A DNA stretch of 64,000 nt. Origin: Callorhinchus milii. Its lineage: Eukaryota. Made by a program: the position numbers and the translations under genes. The notes under the pieces are model-generated. The model was not told the DNA's origin. It saw nothing but the letters and a program-made list of their open reading frames with translations, and did no database searches. Within the stretch, counting starts at the first letter, position 1; each line of letters opens with the position of its first letter. Where the stretch lies: positions 78,742,001-78,806,000 of the forward strand of contig NW_024704742.1 of assembly GCF_018977255.1 (NCBI RefSeq), read 5' to 3'. Below are positions 63,879 to 64,000 of this stretch, one piece after another.

Positions 63879-64000
63879 TTTGAGTTAATCTTGATTTCCC
63901 TGATATCACCTTTGAAAGATTCAGTGCCAGGGAATCGGTGGTCTGATCCAATCACACGTATGATGTCAGCACTGCCACCTCCAACAAAGGCAAAGAGTCC
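63879..64000 (-). CDS. Laminin-alpha-like gene, end of LG3 (GLFAFVGGGSADIIRVIGSDHRFPGTESFKGDIREIKINS), truncated by the window edge
   Basis: LamG-type FVGG and F.G.I..I.IN motifs. Donor AA|GTAAGT in phase 2 joins the exon starting at 60612. Confidence 0.8.

Noticed and set aside
47518..64000. Assignment to EYS, agrin, perlecan, neurexin, USH2A or SHBG/GAS6/PROS1
   Set aside because: There are no EGF or FN3 spacers and no transmembrane tail, and at least three tandem LG domains with a hinge are present. No LAMA symbol is given because orthology is unclear.

Overview
Eukaryotic, intron- and repeat-rich vertebrate DNA. The repeat content (tRNA-Ala-headed Deu-type SINEs, L2, CR1 and Penelope-like fragments) points to a cartilaginous fish, probably a chimaera; this is inference. 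Two protein-coding genes can be spliced by hand with consistent GT-AG sites and reading phases. (1) On +, an HMG20-family gene (HMG box plus coiled coil; HMG20B-like with several HMG20A-like residues). It has a CpG-island promoter at ~17.95-18.37 kb, coding exons at 26994-38591 and a polyA signal at 39149; its start exon is unresolved. (2) On -, the last nine exons (64000 down to 47518) of a very divergent laminin-alpha-like gene (end of LG3, Pro-rich hinge, LG4, LG5), closest in pattern to LAMA1/LAMA2 but not recognisably an orthologue, with the LG3 cysteine pair missing. The promoter carries ZNF143/THAP11, NRF1, ETS, E-box and GC-box motifs. It is flanked by a 31-bp minisatellite that arose inside an L2 ORF2 and a 36/39-bp minisatellite full of 5' splice-site-like motifs. 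Splice-competent segments on - at 1.5-8.2 kb hint at a divergent transcript. The long ORFs in the supplied track (16-21.7 kb) are minisatellite artefacts. No prokaryotic systems, CRISPR arrays, rRNA or true tRNA genes were found.
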